Of a stretch of DNA of 64,000 nucleotides, positions 1-12,479 are shown piece by piece. The DNA is from Felis catus (Eukaryota), in assembly GCF_018350175.1 (NCBI RefSeq), contig NC_058368.1:145826001-145890000 (forward strand), given 5' to 3'. A program made the translations under genes and the position numbers. The stretch's first letter is position 1; every line of letters begins with the position of its first letter. The notes beneath the pieces were generated by a model, which was given only the letters and a program-made list of their open reading frames with translations, was not told where the DNA came from and ran no database searches.

Positions 1-744
1 ACTTATACAGTGTTTAGCAAAAGTAGCATCATAGAATGGGATATTTAAAAAAATTAAAAGGTTCTTGAGGTATTTCCTGGAATACTTAATAAAATTTTGA
101 TTTGAAAACTAAGCCAGTACACTGTTTAGTTTAGGGTGTTTCCCTATGTTTTCATAATTTGAGACACTGCAAGAAAAATAGAATCTTTAAGTCTGGGAAG
201 TAAATTATTTTCTCTTGAGCCAGGTCTTATATTGGTCAAAGTGCCGTCCTCATTTTCCTAGTGATTGATAGTAAGAGGTATGCCCCAGTGTCGCCACTCT
301 GTGTCAGATAGTAAGGGTCAAATGTACGTGGATATAGAGTCAAAAGCCTCTGTCAATGTTTTAGCAAACTTCAGAGCCTTCCTATGGGCTAATTTATCAT
401 CATGTCTAGCAGTTGTTACCAAATGTGAGAACATGATGAATGGGGATGAGAATCAGACTGAAGTGTTGGACTGGTCTGCCCCAAATCGTGAATTTGGCCA
501 AGTTTGTCCTGAATTCCTCTCCTCTTTTCTGCATTCCCTGCTCACTGTGACTAGTCTCTCGCTTCCTCAGTGTTGACCCGGTATTCCTCCACGTCATGTC
601 TTGCCCCGGTAAACTAGTTAAAGCTCAACTCTTCCTTGTCTCCTTCTATCCAAGATGGAAAGGATCTTACATTCTTCTCTGAGCCAGAAGCTTGACACGA
701 TTTGATTCTTTAAACAAACTGCAAGCAATATTAGAGGATATTGT

Positions 745-885
745 TTCCAGGTTACACACGAGGCTCACATATATCAGGCAAGACACCCAACTCACAGCAC
801 TAGTAATTAGTGGGAACTAGTGATATGAACCCAGGTCTGTTTAATTGACAGTCATGTGCTTACTACCATGACATGCTGCTTCCCA
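745..885 (-). mobile_element. MIR SINE fragment
   Basis: Degenerate MIR core in reverse orientation (CACAGCACTAGTAATTAGTGG...TGAACCCAGGTCTG...TACCATGACATGCTGCTTCCC). Boundaries approximate. Confidence 0.6.
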
Positions 886-1239
886 ATCTAACTTAACTAT
901 TTCATTTTTTTACTTCTTCAGAGGCCAGCAGAGTGTCTGGTAAGATCAACAAATGAACCAGCTCCAAACAAGGTGTTAATGGCTGATGTCAAGTCAGTGA
1001 GAGCATGGAGAAGGGCCACCATTTGTTTGCCAGTGTTTCTTCTTCCTGAGATCTGCTGTCTTGGCTCTTGTGTGATCAAGGCCAGTGTCCAGAACATAAG
1101 CCTTGATCTCAGAAGGTGAGTCTGCGACCCCTCATCCAGGGAGAAATTTCATTTTTAACTCTAAAAGTTCTTATTTGGTAAGCATCCTACCTGAAAGTAT
1201 TTTCCTCTTTGATGATATTTGTGTTTAAAAGCAGTCTCA

Positions 1240-1459
1240 GGGGTGCCTGGGTGGCTCAGTCGGTTAGGCGGCCGACTTCGGCTCAGGTCATGATCTCATG
1301 GTCTGTGAGTTCGAGCCCCACGTCGGGCTCTGTGCTGACAGCTCAGAGCCTGGAGCCTGTTTCGGATTCTGTGTCTCCCTCTCTCTGACCCTCCCCCATT
1401 CATGCTCTGTCTCTCTCTGTCTCAAAAATAAATAAACGTTAAAAAAAAATTAAAAAAAA
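1240..1459 (+). mobile_element. Felid Can-SINE (SINEC_Fc), full length
   Basis: GGGGTGCCTGGGTGGCTCAGTCGGTT head, CT-rich body, AATAAA/poly-A tail. Target-site duplication (TSD) AAAAGCAGTCTCA at 1227-1239 and 1460-1472. Confidence 0.97.
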
Positions 1460-1474
1460 AAAAGCAGTCTCAAG

Positions 1475-1706
1475 TGATGTCAGTGAGGTGACAGAATAGG
1501 AGTTTCCAGCCCTCATCCCTTCACAGAAACACTTATTTCACAATCATTCTTGTACAAAAATACATTTATGAGAGCTCTAGAATCCGGATGAGAGGTTGCA
1601 ACACTAGTGGAACACAGAAATGAGAAAAGATACATTACAAAAATTGTATACATTAAGTATGTACAACTTTTTCCGTGTCAGTCATACCTTGATAAAGTGG
1701 TTTTAA
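1475..1706 (+). mobile_element. Old L1 fragments (5'UTR-like piece plus L1M 3'-end piece)
   Basis: TACATTAAGTATGTACAACTTTTT...GTCATACCTTGATAAAGTGGTTTT resembles an L1M 3' terminus. Upstream part resembles an L1 5' end. Confidence 0.45.
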
Positions 1707-1964
1707 GACATAAATGCAACCATAATGTAATAAATGCAACCCAAAGTATGGAGGTGACCATCTCCATCTCATAGAGGTGACCTCCTATGCCACCTACACC
1801 ATACAGAGGGCCCTTGCATTATCCTTGAAGTTCCATCAAGCCTAATTTCACTCAGCATCAGTGAATAACTGTAGGAATGTGAATGTGGCAAAGACAGTTA
1901 GTACAAACTAAAAATTTTCTGTGCTTTTCTAAATCTCTTCTCTTCCCTGGATTTAGGGCTATGT

Positions 1965-2205
1965 GAAAATTTAGGCCAATGAACTGTGAGTAGGAGTTAA
2001 AAGTCAGTGTTCTTCCTCTGTCTCTTGTTCTCTGCTTAAGGAAAGGGAGAGGAGACCTGGATCCCTGAGTTACTGAATGAAGGGGTACTGTCCTGGAAAA
2101 CTTGTCCCATTCACATCAGACTTTACCTGAGAGACAAAAGAATTGTGGTTTCGTTAAGCCACTGAAATTTTAGTGTTTATTCATTATATAGCATAGTCTA
2201 TTATA
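1965..2205 (+). mobile_element. MaLR (MLT1-type) LTR fragment
   Basis: Ends in TTAAGCCACTGAAATTTTAGTGTTTATTCATTATATAGCATAG, typical of MLT1 3' ends. Confidence 0.6.
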
Positions 2206-5200
2206 TTCTGAAGAACATGGAGATTTTGTGCAAAATGCCCTCCTCATTCTCAGGATATATGCTCTTTGGACTTACCTTTTAGAAACAGACTTGTTATTTG
2301 GAGTAAACTCCTGCCCAAGCCTCTGGAATTTATTTCAGCTTTATAATGACAGTCTTTGAGAACCTTCAAACAGAGGTCAAGTTTATATGAATACTTAGAT
2401 GGTTGAGTATTGAGGATATTGAGTAATGAAGAACAAAGTTAGTTGTAGTTGTAGCTTGTAGGTAATAACTGTGACTGTGTTATCAATGCTGTGATTTTCC
2501 CCATCCCTCCAAATCAACCAGTAAAGGCTGATGTTTTACATAGAAGCCAACTTTGCAAACACCGCTTCCCCACATTGAAATGGCTTGGATGACAGAGCTG
2601 CTATTTAACAAGAGATGCTACAATGGTCTATATTGGGTAGTTCTGGCTTTGGCATTGGCTTCTCTTCTTAGTAATTTTCAGGGTTAAAGTAAATGCTATT
2701 TTCAGTATTATTCTTACAAAAGGAAGAATAAAAAATTAGATCACCATAAAGGAAGGTTACACCTTTGATCCCAACTCTCCCTGGGCTACTTGGCCATGAA
2801 ATTCCTATGTGTTTGACAGAAGGCGGTCTGCCTTGCAGCCTCCAAACTTCATGTCATGCTCCAAGGAGTATGCAAATGGCAAGGATGCCAGATGCAGTAA
2901 CCACAGTTTTTCTGGGCTGACGATTTGGGGTAAAATGCAAACAACATATCATGTGTTTTTTTTTCTTTCTCTCACTGAAGTTCTTCCTTAATACTTTCTA
3001 TTAGCTGAGGCTTTCTCCTCCTTTCAAATTGAAACTTTTTACCCCTAGAATTTTTTCGTTAGGCATTTTGGGCTTTGTCTATAGTAGTTTTTAGCCTCAT
3101 CTCCCAAGAGATTTCTTTTCTGCCATGGTAAAGGTCTGTGCAGTCTGATCAGGCTAAGCTTTTGAATTCACTGCCTTGTTTGTGTTGAAACTTATTGTAC
3201 CAACAACATTTACTGTCTCTCCTTCTCTTTTTAAATTTCTTGACGTTTCGGTTATGTCCACAAGGATCCAGATAAAGCTCCTCACACATGACTGTCCTGG
3301 CTGAATTGTAGAATCCATCCTGCTCATGTTCTCCTGAACTGAGTTCTCAGGTTCCATCTGTTGTGTTTTTGGAGGGAGACAACAAAAGCAAATCCTAAGC
3401 AGACATGGTAGGGTCACTTCAGGATCCAAGTTCAGGAGAAGAGCCAGAAAATGGTTTTACTGCCTTTTGGAACCACCTAAATCCTGCCTCTTTTGAAGGC
3501 TATTTAGAAATGGCACTGATATGTTTTGAAAGCAGGGAATTCACAATCCCTATGAAATGTTATAAAGCTACTCAGAGGGCTGAGTGGACTTGATACGTTT
3601 CTTTCAATGAGGAGAAATTATGTCACCTCTAAATGTTTACTCATTGTCCTTTACCCACACTTCTGGACTTCTGTGGGGGCGGTGCTTAGACCCCAGACTC
3701 ACTAGGATTTTACAGGGTGATTCCGAGAAGGGAGAAGTGGTAGCTTATCTGTTGTGATTGTTTTTATGTATTGCTTCATGACAACAGACTGTCATGGATG
3801 TCATGACAGGTCATGAACTATAATGATTTATCAAACCCTGGTCAAGAATGGACTGCAGTGGAGTCACACAGTAGAGGGAGGATTACATTCCAAAGGTGGT
3901 GAGTCAGTGAGAATCACAGAGAGGCAGAGTAATTCTTGGAAAGCTTTAAGGAAGATGCTCCATTGGAAACTAAGATAGAGCCAGTTTTCCTTCTGGTTTT
4001 CAAGCAGATGAGCACCAGATGAAGAGGTCGGCTTATTTGGGGGTGGGGGCATGCTCTTCCAAAAATATGTATTTTTAAATACTCCAATCATACTTAGGGG
4101 AAAGCAGATTTGCCTCAAACATCTCTGGGGCATTTTCTTATTGAAGGAAAGGCAAGCAGATTGCCCTCAATTGCAGTCTCCATTGCAAACTCAATTCCCA
4201 CGTTCGTATGCCTAGATTTGTGTAATTACATGGACATGTGGTGTGGCTTCAAGACAGTTCCTAGAAGAAAGGTGGCCATTCCCCAGTTTTGAGAGATAGG
4301 AAGACGTCTGGAGTCTGCCCTGCTGGATGTCAGTATTGAGGACAGCACAAGTGTTGTAAACAAGGGATTAGGAAGTATATCTTCACTGAGGAATCAAAAT
4401 CCCCATCTTCTGAATGAGCCTTTGTACAGAGGCTACTGAGATGTGCAGGGGCAATGAGGTTTCTGTGGGGAAAATCTCTAGTTAACTCTATTGGAGCTGA
4501 AGGTCTAAGTGGATGCACTGTTAATAATTGCCAATTCAGGAGACACACTCAAGGGAACATTCTCCTAAAATGTAGAGAGGTTAGGTAGGGCTATGGGTGC
4601 CCTGAAACACTAAGACTCTTGATCCTTCAGTATCAGAGTTCTGAGCATATTATGTAGAAAAGCAACAATGGCAGGGAGAAGTATCTGCATTACGGTCCTT
4701 GGCGAGGAATTCTCTCTTTCTTGGAATGTTAAAAGTTGTTTGGGAAAGCTACACTGAAAGGGCCCATTATTTTGTTACTGTAAGTAACTTTGATGATTTC
4801 CAATGCAACCAGTAGAATCTCTTTCTAATACTTCTCCTGTGCCAGAGTAGTTGCAGGTGGCATCATTGAGCTGCTAAGAAGAGACATTTCTACAGGTTTC
4901 TGGGTAGAATTTGAATGAAAGAAGTCTGGTTCTCTTGTCCAGGGACATCATGCTATAATCGGGGCCGGGGGGACAGGATGTCTAGTGAATCGTGTCCTCC
5001 AGACTTCATCCCCTAGAAGGTATACCTGTGAAGCTGCCTCACCAGCCACATTGGTGATGCTATTTTTTTGTGAGAAGGAAAATTTAAGACAGCCTAATAG
5101 TTTTGATTCTTTGACATATCAGTGGCATGGCTGCTATGTGGCCTCTGGCTCACACTTAACTAGTAATGCCAACGAGCAAGTTTGCATGTAATAATCCCAT

Positions 5201-5731
5201 ATTTTCATTTGTATTAAATCAAACATCATCAATTTAAATGAGAAACAAAAAAATTTTACTCATGTGTTGAGAGACCCCAGATTTGGTTCTGAATTGCTTC
5301 TAAACTTAGATGAATGAAGGAGGGAGAATCATAACAATTCAGAGGTTTTTTGTTTTTGTTTTTGTTTTTCCTTTATAAAATAAGGTAGTAGAGGGTGAGG
5401 TGATAGGTGGTGGGGTTTGGCTTGCCTAAGTTCTCTTCCTGGGCTAGCATTCTGCGGGTCTTTGATGAGCAGCTCTCCTTGCATAGAATACAGACGAAAT
5501 GTGTTCTGAAGCATGTTTTTTACCAAATGGCTCTTGCTGGAAGATTTCTCTGTCGATAGCTATGGTTCTATATTTTAGACTTTAGTAAATGAAAAGATCC
5601 ATGTACTCCTTAATAATTCCTATGCTAATAGGTTTCTGATGAGCAGTGTGGCTCCAGAGCCAGAGTTTGTGAACAACTCAGGGCAAATAGGTCTATTAGT
5701 TGGCTGATGCCAAGTTGTAAAAGAAGGTGAG

Positions 5732-5940
5732 TAATAATAACTGAGTACTGACTGTGTGCCAGGCATTCTACTTCCTGCTCTACCTGCCTTGTTTTGTTAA
5801 TGTTCACAATAATTTTATGAGTTCAGAATTATTTTGATCTCATTTCATAGATGGTTGTAATGAGGCTTAGAGAGTAACTTGCCCAAGCTCGCAGAGCAAG
5901 TAGGTGGCCGAGGCAGGATTTGAATGCAGGTTGCTTGTTG
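5732..5940 (-). mobile_element. MIR SINE
   Basis: TACTGACTGTGTGCCAGGCA...CATTTCATAGATG...TGAGGCTTAGAGAGTAACTTGCCCAAGCTCGCAGAGCAAGTAGGTGGCCGAGGCAGGATTTGAA matches the reverse MIR core. Confidence 0.85.
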
Positions 5941-7876
5941 CCGGGAAGACTTTTAAACATAGTGTGATGGTCTGTTGACTTATGTTTATTGCATTAAACT
6001 GTTTTCTGCAGTGCTTTAGGAAAATTGAAAATATCTTAAGAAGCTACATGTGATAAATGTTTTAAAATTCCCATCTAAAAACAAGCATGTAACTTAACCA
6101 ACCTCTAAAAAATTTATATAAACTTACCGTACAATAAAATGTTGTACCAATTTTAAATTAAACAGATTAAAATAAACATTCAGTTTAATTCCCAGAACTG
6201 TCAGCTACTCACTGTTCTGTCAGTTAGACACTATTAGCTATTTGTGTGTTCAGGAGTTTTATTAAGTTAACTACCAGCCCCTTCGTGTTTTGAATGTTAC
6301 TATGGATGCTGCTACTTTGCTCTGAGAAATGCTGTCAGAAAGAGACAAGCACACACAGCTGAACCGATGGTTTTTCCAATGAAATGCTGTTAAATGGAAG
6401 GTCAGCTTAGTGTTAATTACTGTTGATGAAGACTCTGCCCACAGTGAAACTGCCTCTAACAGTTTCACAAGTCACCCTTTCTTGCATGTGTATTTAAAAA
6501 TGCCAAAGAAAAGCCAATGTCAACAACAGTATTTTCATGTAGGCTATTTCTTCTACAGACTGTCCAGATGCCTCTAATAGCTCAACGTTTTTCACAAATG
6601 AGTGCATCCATTTCCTAAGAATGCTGAGAAGCATTTAAGGGGGCAGATCGAGAAAAAGTATAAGTGAGGCTGTGAGGGAGAATGGCAATATCCTACATTT
6701 TTCTTTTCTTTCCCTCCCAAACAGATTTCGTTTATGGGGACCTCTTCTTTGGGCAATCATGGAATTTTCTTAATTTTCATGGTATGGCAAGATACTTACC
6801 TTTTCTTACTACACAGGAGGGAGAGTTGGCATAAAACACATGAAGGACATTTTTGTCTTTTGGCTGCACTAGAGTGATGCTCTCTCTTCCACATATCACA
6901 AAAGCTAAACCTTACCTCCGTGGATTTCAGAATATTACTTCTGTATCAGATGAAAGAGAGATAGCACCTCTCACCATGAATATACTTCCTTATGGATCCA
7001 CAAAAGGGTGGGCTTCTAGGAAGATAAGCTTTATGTTCTCAAACTTTATAAATGCTTTCCCCAGTCCTATTCTGTCTTTCTCATTGTTTCTGCTGGCATG
7101 GGGCCTCTGCTGTCTTTTTCTGGCTGCTCCTGCACTGTTTTTTTTTTTTTTTTCTCACTGCACTGGATGGTTAGCCTGTTAAATATCGTGAGAATAAGCT
7201 GCTCCCTGTCCTGGCATTGCTTTTTGAAGGAAACATTTCCTTTCCTTGTGCAAAGCCAAGGAGTTACTTCCATGGGGAGAAAGTTGGAGGACTGATTGGA
7301 AACATGCATGATTGCTGGTTTAAATTTGGCTTATTTGCAACAGACAGAGGTTGCGAGAGATAGGAGAGAGGGGTTCTCCTGGTACTGAGGTGGTTCCCAC
7401 ATCTGCTTCTAATTAGGAACACTGTGGAGAAAAGATTTTGAAATTAACTTAGTTGTGGAATAATAAAGTAGGCCCCTTAATATGGGGGATTATAAATGAT
7501 TACCCTAGAAAATGAAGGAACAACTTTTCATTCCCTAGGTCGTTTACTTTTTCCGAGGTGGTTTGGCACCAAATAGAAACTAGAGAGGTATTTTGTACCC
7601 TCTCTATCTTCAGTGGACAATGGTGCTGTTTTACTCCCTCTTCCTGAGAGTCTAGATTCAGGCTTTTAGAGCACCAAGTGTGCAGCCAGCCAAGAGCCAT
7701 TTGTTCACATGTCCCTACTCCTCTGGGATCTACAGCAGCCAGGGGCATCTTAGTGACATATACAGATTTGTGTCTGTGGGGAAGAGTCTGGCCTGCTGGT
7801 CTTACCTGCCCTGGAGCTCTCAGGTGATGCTCTAGAAATAGGCACTGGGGCACAGGTCCTCAAACACAACACCACA

Positions 7877-7877
<1 letters not shown>

Positions 7878-7917
<40 letters not shown>
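7878..7917. repeat. (CA)20 microsatellite
   Basis: Perfect CA run seen directly. Confidence 0.97.
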
Positions 7918-7919
<2 letters not shown>

Positions 7920-8039
7920 TGGCATATTTTAAAACTTTCTTGTCTGCCTTTCTCTTATTTCAGCCCCTGACCTCTTAAAAGGTCAACATCATAACCTGAA
8001 GAAGACATCCAGCCCTCATAAGTGTTATTCTCTACATAT

Positions 8040-8197
8040 TTTCATGTATTCATTTGTTTGTTTTTTCTTTTTTTATCCACATGTTGAATGTAAGAGCTGT
8101 AATAGCAGAGATCTTACTATCTTATACCCGCTGTGCTCCGAGCAATGTTTGGAAAATTGTAAGAACTTCACAATCAACTGTTGACTGAGTGAATCAA
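8040..8197 (+). mobile_element. L2 LINE 3' end
   Basis: GAATGTAAG...GCAGAGATCTT...CAATCAACTGTTGACTGAGTGAAT resembles the L2 3' terminus. Confidence 0.6.
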
Positions 8198-11100
8198 GGA
8201 AGCAATGGAGGAAATTCTCTTCCCACAAAGGGTAATTCTGGATTCTGCCTTGAACCCTTGAGTTCTTAACTGATGAACTCTGCATTGGGACCAAAGCCCC
8301 AGAGTTGTCATAGATGAGTCTCTCCCCTCTGAGGTCAACTTGACCTACATTTTGGGATTAGGCAGGAGGAAGCCTGAGCTATGGAAATGAGAAGGCAGAT
8401 GACCTTCCGGACCACTTCCCAGACCACTTCAATTACCATGATTTGGGAAGCTTTTACACTCACTGGGAATACTCTCACCAGAGTGTTCTCAGAATAGGAA
8501 CAACAGTCGTCCATTTTATATGGCATAAGTTTGCAGGCAAAGGAAACAATTAGTTCTTTAATGACCATCTAAGTCCATGATTTTTCAATTTTCCCTCATT
8601 AAAGTACCCCTAGATTATTGATTTTAGAGTTACTTTAACTTGTCTCTTTTGGTTTTAAGTGTCTGATCAGAAAATCACTGATTGCCTCAGAAAATGGGAG
8701 TTTATAGTAAAGACAGTTTTTACATCTTGTCATGAAAATTTTTATATTGTTACTTTATAATTTCTCTTTGGAAGGTCACCTCTTCATGCTTCAAATGGGA
8801 GAGGAGAAGATATAATTGAAATAATTTCTGTTGGTCATCTTGGGTCTGAAAGAGGAAGGCAGGTCATTCCAAATAAGAGAACCCATTTTAGGCCATGTCT
8901 AAGCTTGACTCTCCTAAGGTAGGGATGTGTTCAGTCTGTACTCACACTTCTAAAATAGCCATTGAGGAAACTCTCACCACAAAGGACTGTGACTAATCAC
9001 AAGCCTTGTGATGAATAACTCATTATTTTTCAATATTATCTTGAGTAAAAAAAAACGTGGTTGGGGGCTTTTGAATTAATCTTCTAAAAATGTCTGTCTC
9101 AGAATTCCAAACCTTTTATTTGATAGCTAATTCCAAGAAGTCTAAGGTAGTACAAGTAAGGAAGAAAGACTTCCCTAATCTTTGGATAAAATTGTTTTAA
9201 ATTTCTTAAGCTTCTTGTAATGAGTATACATCTCTAAATTAAATGAATACTTGAAATATTTTCTCCATATGCTTCAAATTTTCCAAGTATTCAGACATTC
9301 TTACTGGTCATGCTCTTTTAGCTGCAACAGGTCATAACCAGTGTCTGGATTCCTACCTGTGGACCAAGTGACCATTCAGTTACTGTCCACGTTGGGTTCC
9401 ATGAGGCTGTGCCTGGAAAGCTCTAAACAGAGAATTTTCACTCAGAAGGAGCCATGTATCTGTCAGTGATTAAAAACTTTGGCATGTTTGGGATAGAGTA
9501 GGATCAGAAACCTGGCTTGCTTAGGTCTGTCAGTTCTTTGAATGTCAACTCATTAAAGAACAACATAGACAAATTTAGCTTCCATTGAAGCTGAAAGCAA
9601 CCGTGGATAGTACATTGATGAATCCCATCATCATACGGATCAGAATTTCATGAACAAATAACCTGGCCAAAATCACAGAGGTAGTTAAAGGCAGAACAGA
9701 GAATTTAGAGAAATTCACTCAAGGAGTGATGAAGTGATTCTGGCAGATTATCTCTAAAAGCTTTACTCCCCCACATCCTCCCTTCCTTCTATGTTCCTTG
9801 GTAAAGAACAGAGTTTAATTTCCAAACAAATATATTAAAATCAAAATTAAAAAATCAAGTCTGAGGGCAATAAATGATTCAATGTTCTGGTAGGTTTTGA
9901 AGTGTTTACCTCATCTAGCTTGTGAAATAGAAATAACTTTACCCAAATTTTGGTGATATTGTTGACATTGTTTAGGCTGTTTGACTTTTCTTTGTGGAAA
10001 TTGATAATATACTTCTGACTACATCAATGGAAAAAAAGTGCGTAAGTGTGTAGAAAATATTAATGTTAGTATTGCACCTAAAACTCTCATTTATTGAGAA
10101 AGAAACCCAAATTGGTAAAAAGAAACAATTTATAGAACAAGGAAGAACATTTATGGACTTCAGGTACATAAAACAAATATGCTGGGCCAACAATATATTT
10201 ACCTAATAGTGTTCCTAAGGAGATGTACTATGATGATTACTTAGTATATTAACTTTTGTGTTCATAAATTGTGCTTTTTGAATGTATAAATTGTCCAGAA
10301 AGGGACATTACAAAACTAAACTTCATTCCAGACCTTCTAATGAATACTAATTCTTATTTAGAAGAGCTGAACTTAAAGGTTTACATAGTTTTGAATATTT
10401 TGGCTTTAAAAACATTTATTTCTGTCAGAGGTCTCAACATGCTTTGCCACAAATAGGTGAGCACACATATTATCTATGGACTATATTTTGCTGATGGGCA
10501 TTGGAATGTCAGGACTAATAGGGAATGGATAGGGTGGTTTCACTAAAAACTAATTCTTAGACTAATAATGTCTGCCTTAGGCAAGAGACCACACTCTACT
10601 GTTTCCATTTATTTTTTGTTTAATTCTTTAGGAGTTTGATATAGAAAAGTGAGAAATAAAATAGGGTAATGACCATTTATCACTTGGATATAAATATGTT
10701 AAAGGGAAAAGAGCCCTTTATGTTCTTTGACCATATGACATGTTAAAAAGCAGGAAGAACGGTGCCCTTATAGATTGGTGTTAGGACCTGTATGGTTTGT
10801 TTCTCTCCAGTTTAGGATCAACTTAGTCTCTGCTGGTTTGGGTAAAGCTCTGGAAGACAACATGGCCAACTCAGTCACTTTTGTCCTGCTTGGGGATTGC
10901 TGACTTTTCATCTTTAGTCAGTCTTTTAGGAAAATTTAACTTGGTTGGATTTGTTTTGGCAGGTTAGCATGATGTAAGTGTATTTAAAAAAAAATCACAA
11001 GCAATTTAATTACAAGAAATGGAAGATAATTCCCTAAAGGCTGCTGCTGTTATAGAAGTAGTCATAACAGCTTTTTTTCACATTTTCAATTTTTTACCAT

Positions 11101-11530
11101 TTCAAGCAGTCCAAAGAAGAAAGAATGAGAGGGCCTGCTGAGTGTACTGCCAGTGAGCTAGACAAGGAGACAAAGAGTGTCAGGGACATGTCAGCTCTCC
11201 TGGGGAAATCCAGGCTGTTTTTAAAAAAAAAAATGTGAGCTTGAGAAACCTTGGTGAAACACTTGAGACAAAATCTTATCAATATTAAAGGACATTTTGA
11301 AATTCATTGGAGATATTTGTTTTACCCTGTTTCAAAAGACGTTATTGGTTTGGTTGTATTTTACGTGTAGAGTCAGTAAGACCTCTTTCATCCTCCCCTC
11401 CCCTGCCTCCTCCAAAAATCCCTCAGGACTGCCTACACATCAAATCACTACAGGACATAGCTACAGAATCTCAAAAAGAATAAAAGCACTACTATTGAAT
11501 CATGCTGTAAGGTATATCACACCCTTCCCT

Positions 11531-11554
11531 CCCCCCCCCCCCCCCCCCCCCCCC
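11531..11554. repeat. Poly-C tract (C24)
   Basis: 24 consecutive C. Confidence 0.95.
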
Positions 11555-11809
11555 AGCTAACACATGCTCTTAACAAAGCATTCAGGGTCCTTTCTCAAAC
11601 CATCTTTAGGACAAAGGGAAATAACAACATAACAGACGATACTCCAAGAGCAGGTGTGGAAGAAGAATTACTACTTCCTTCACTTTGTGGCTCTGTGGAG
11701 TCATTCGAAAGTACAAGTGAACAATAAAAGCCAGATGACTTTGTTCTATAGGAAATGACTCGTAAGTTTCTAATATGGTTAATAGGATGAAGGCCTTTGT
11801 AGACAAATG

Positions 11810-11912
11810 TCACTTATTTGTTCATTTATTCAAAAATATTACTAAGCACCAGTTTGTGCTAGCCATTATGATAAGTGGTACAGTGGTGAGCAAAGCAATA
11901 GTAAGCTCTGTC
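11810..11912 (-). mobile_element. L2 LINE 3' end
   Basis: TTCATTTATTCAAAAATATTACTAAGCACC...TGTGCTAG...ACAGTGGTGAGCAAAGCA, reverse L2 tail. Confidence 0.7.
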
Positions 11913-11919
11913 TCACCCT

Positions 11920-12259
11920 CCCTCCCTTCAATTCTTTACCTACATGTATTATAATACTAAGTCCTATGCAAGCCACTCTATCTGTAATTACTCCCTCACA
12001 CACATGCTTCTTACAACCCTTTTCTGCTTTTATTATCCTTGATACTTATTACTGTCTAATGTATGATATATTTTATTTATTGCCTGTCTCTCCCACTGTA
12101 ATGTGGGGAAGTTTAAAGCCAGAAATTTCTTTTTTATGTGTTCATAGCTATATATACCTAGCACTTAACATAGTGCCTAGATTTTTGCTGGCAATATGGA
12201 GCCTGCTTGGGATTCTCTCTTTCCCCGCTCTCTCTGCCCCTACCCTGCTCATCTGAGTG

Positions 12260-12290
<31 letters not shown>

Positions 12291-12390
12291 AAAATGAATA
12301 AATAAACTTAAAAAATTATTTAAAAAACCACAGTGCCTAGAAATAGGCACTCAATAAATATTTGTTTAAGTAATCAACCAATTAATGAAC
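11920..12390 (+). mobile_element. L2 LINE 3' end, interrupted by a SINE
   Basis: TGCCTGTCTCTCCCACTGTAATGT...CCTAGCACTTAACATAGTGCCTAG[SINE]TAGGCACTCAATAAATATTTGTT. Confidence 0.8.
12182..12326 (+). mobile_element. 5'-truncated Can-SINE
   Basis: GGAGCCTGCTTGGGATTCTCTCT, (CT)n, AATAAA tail. TSD AACATAGTGCCTAGA / ACCACAGTGCCTAGA. Confidence 0.9.
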
Positions 12391-12479
12391 AAAGCGAGGA
12401 CATACCCACAGAATGGCACTAGAGACCCCCTTCTGTTTTTCATTTATATCCATTCATCAGCACTTATTGCATTTGGTTT

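Noticed and set aside
6792..6801. ATACTTACCT as the 5' end of a U1 snRNA copy
   Set aside because: Similarity stops after 10 nt. It is better read as a minus-strand splice donor or a chance match.
11810..12390. Inverted L2 3' ends as a miR-28/151-like hairpin source
   Set aside because: The tails point outward about 500 bp apart with a SINE between them, so they do not form a compact tail-to-tail hairpin.
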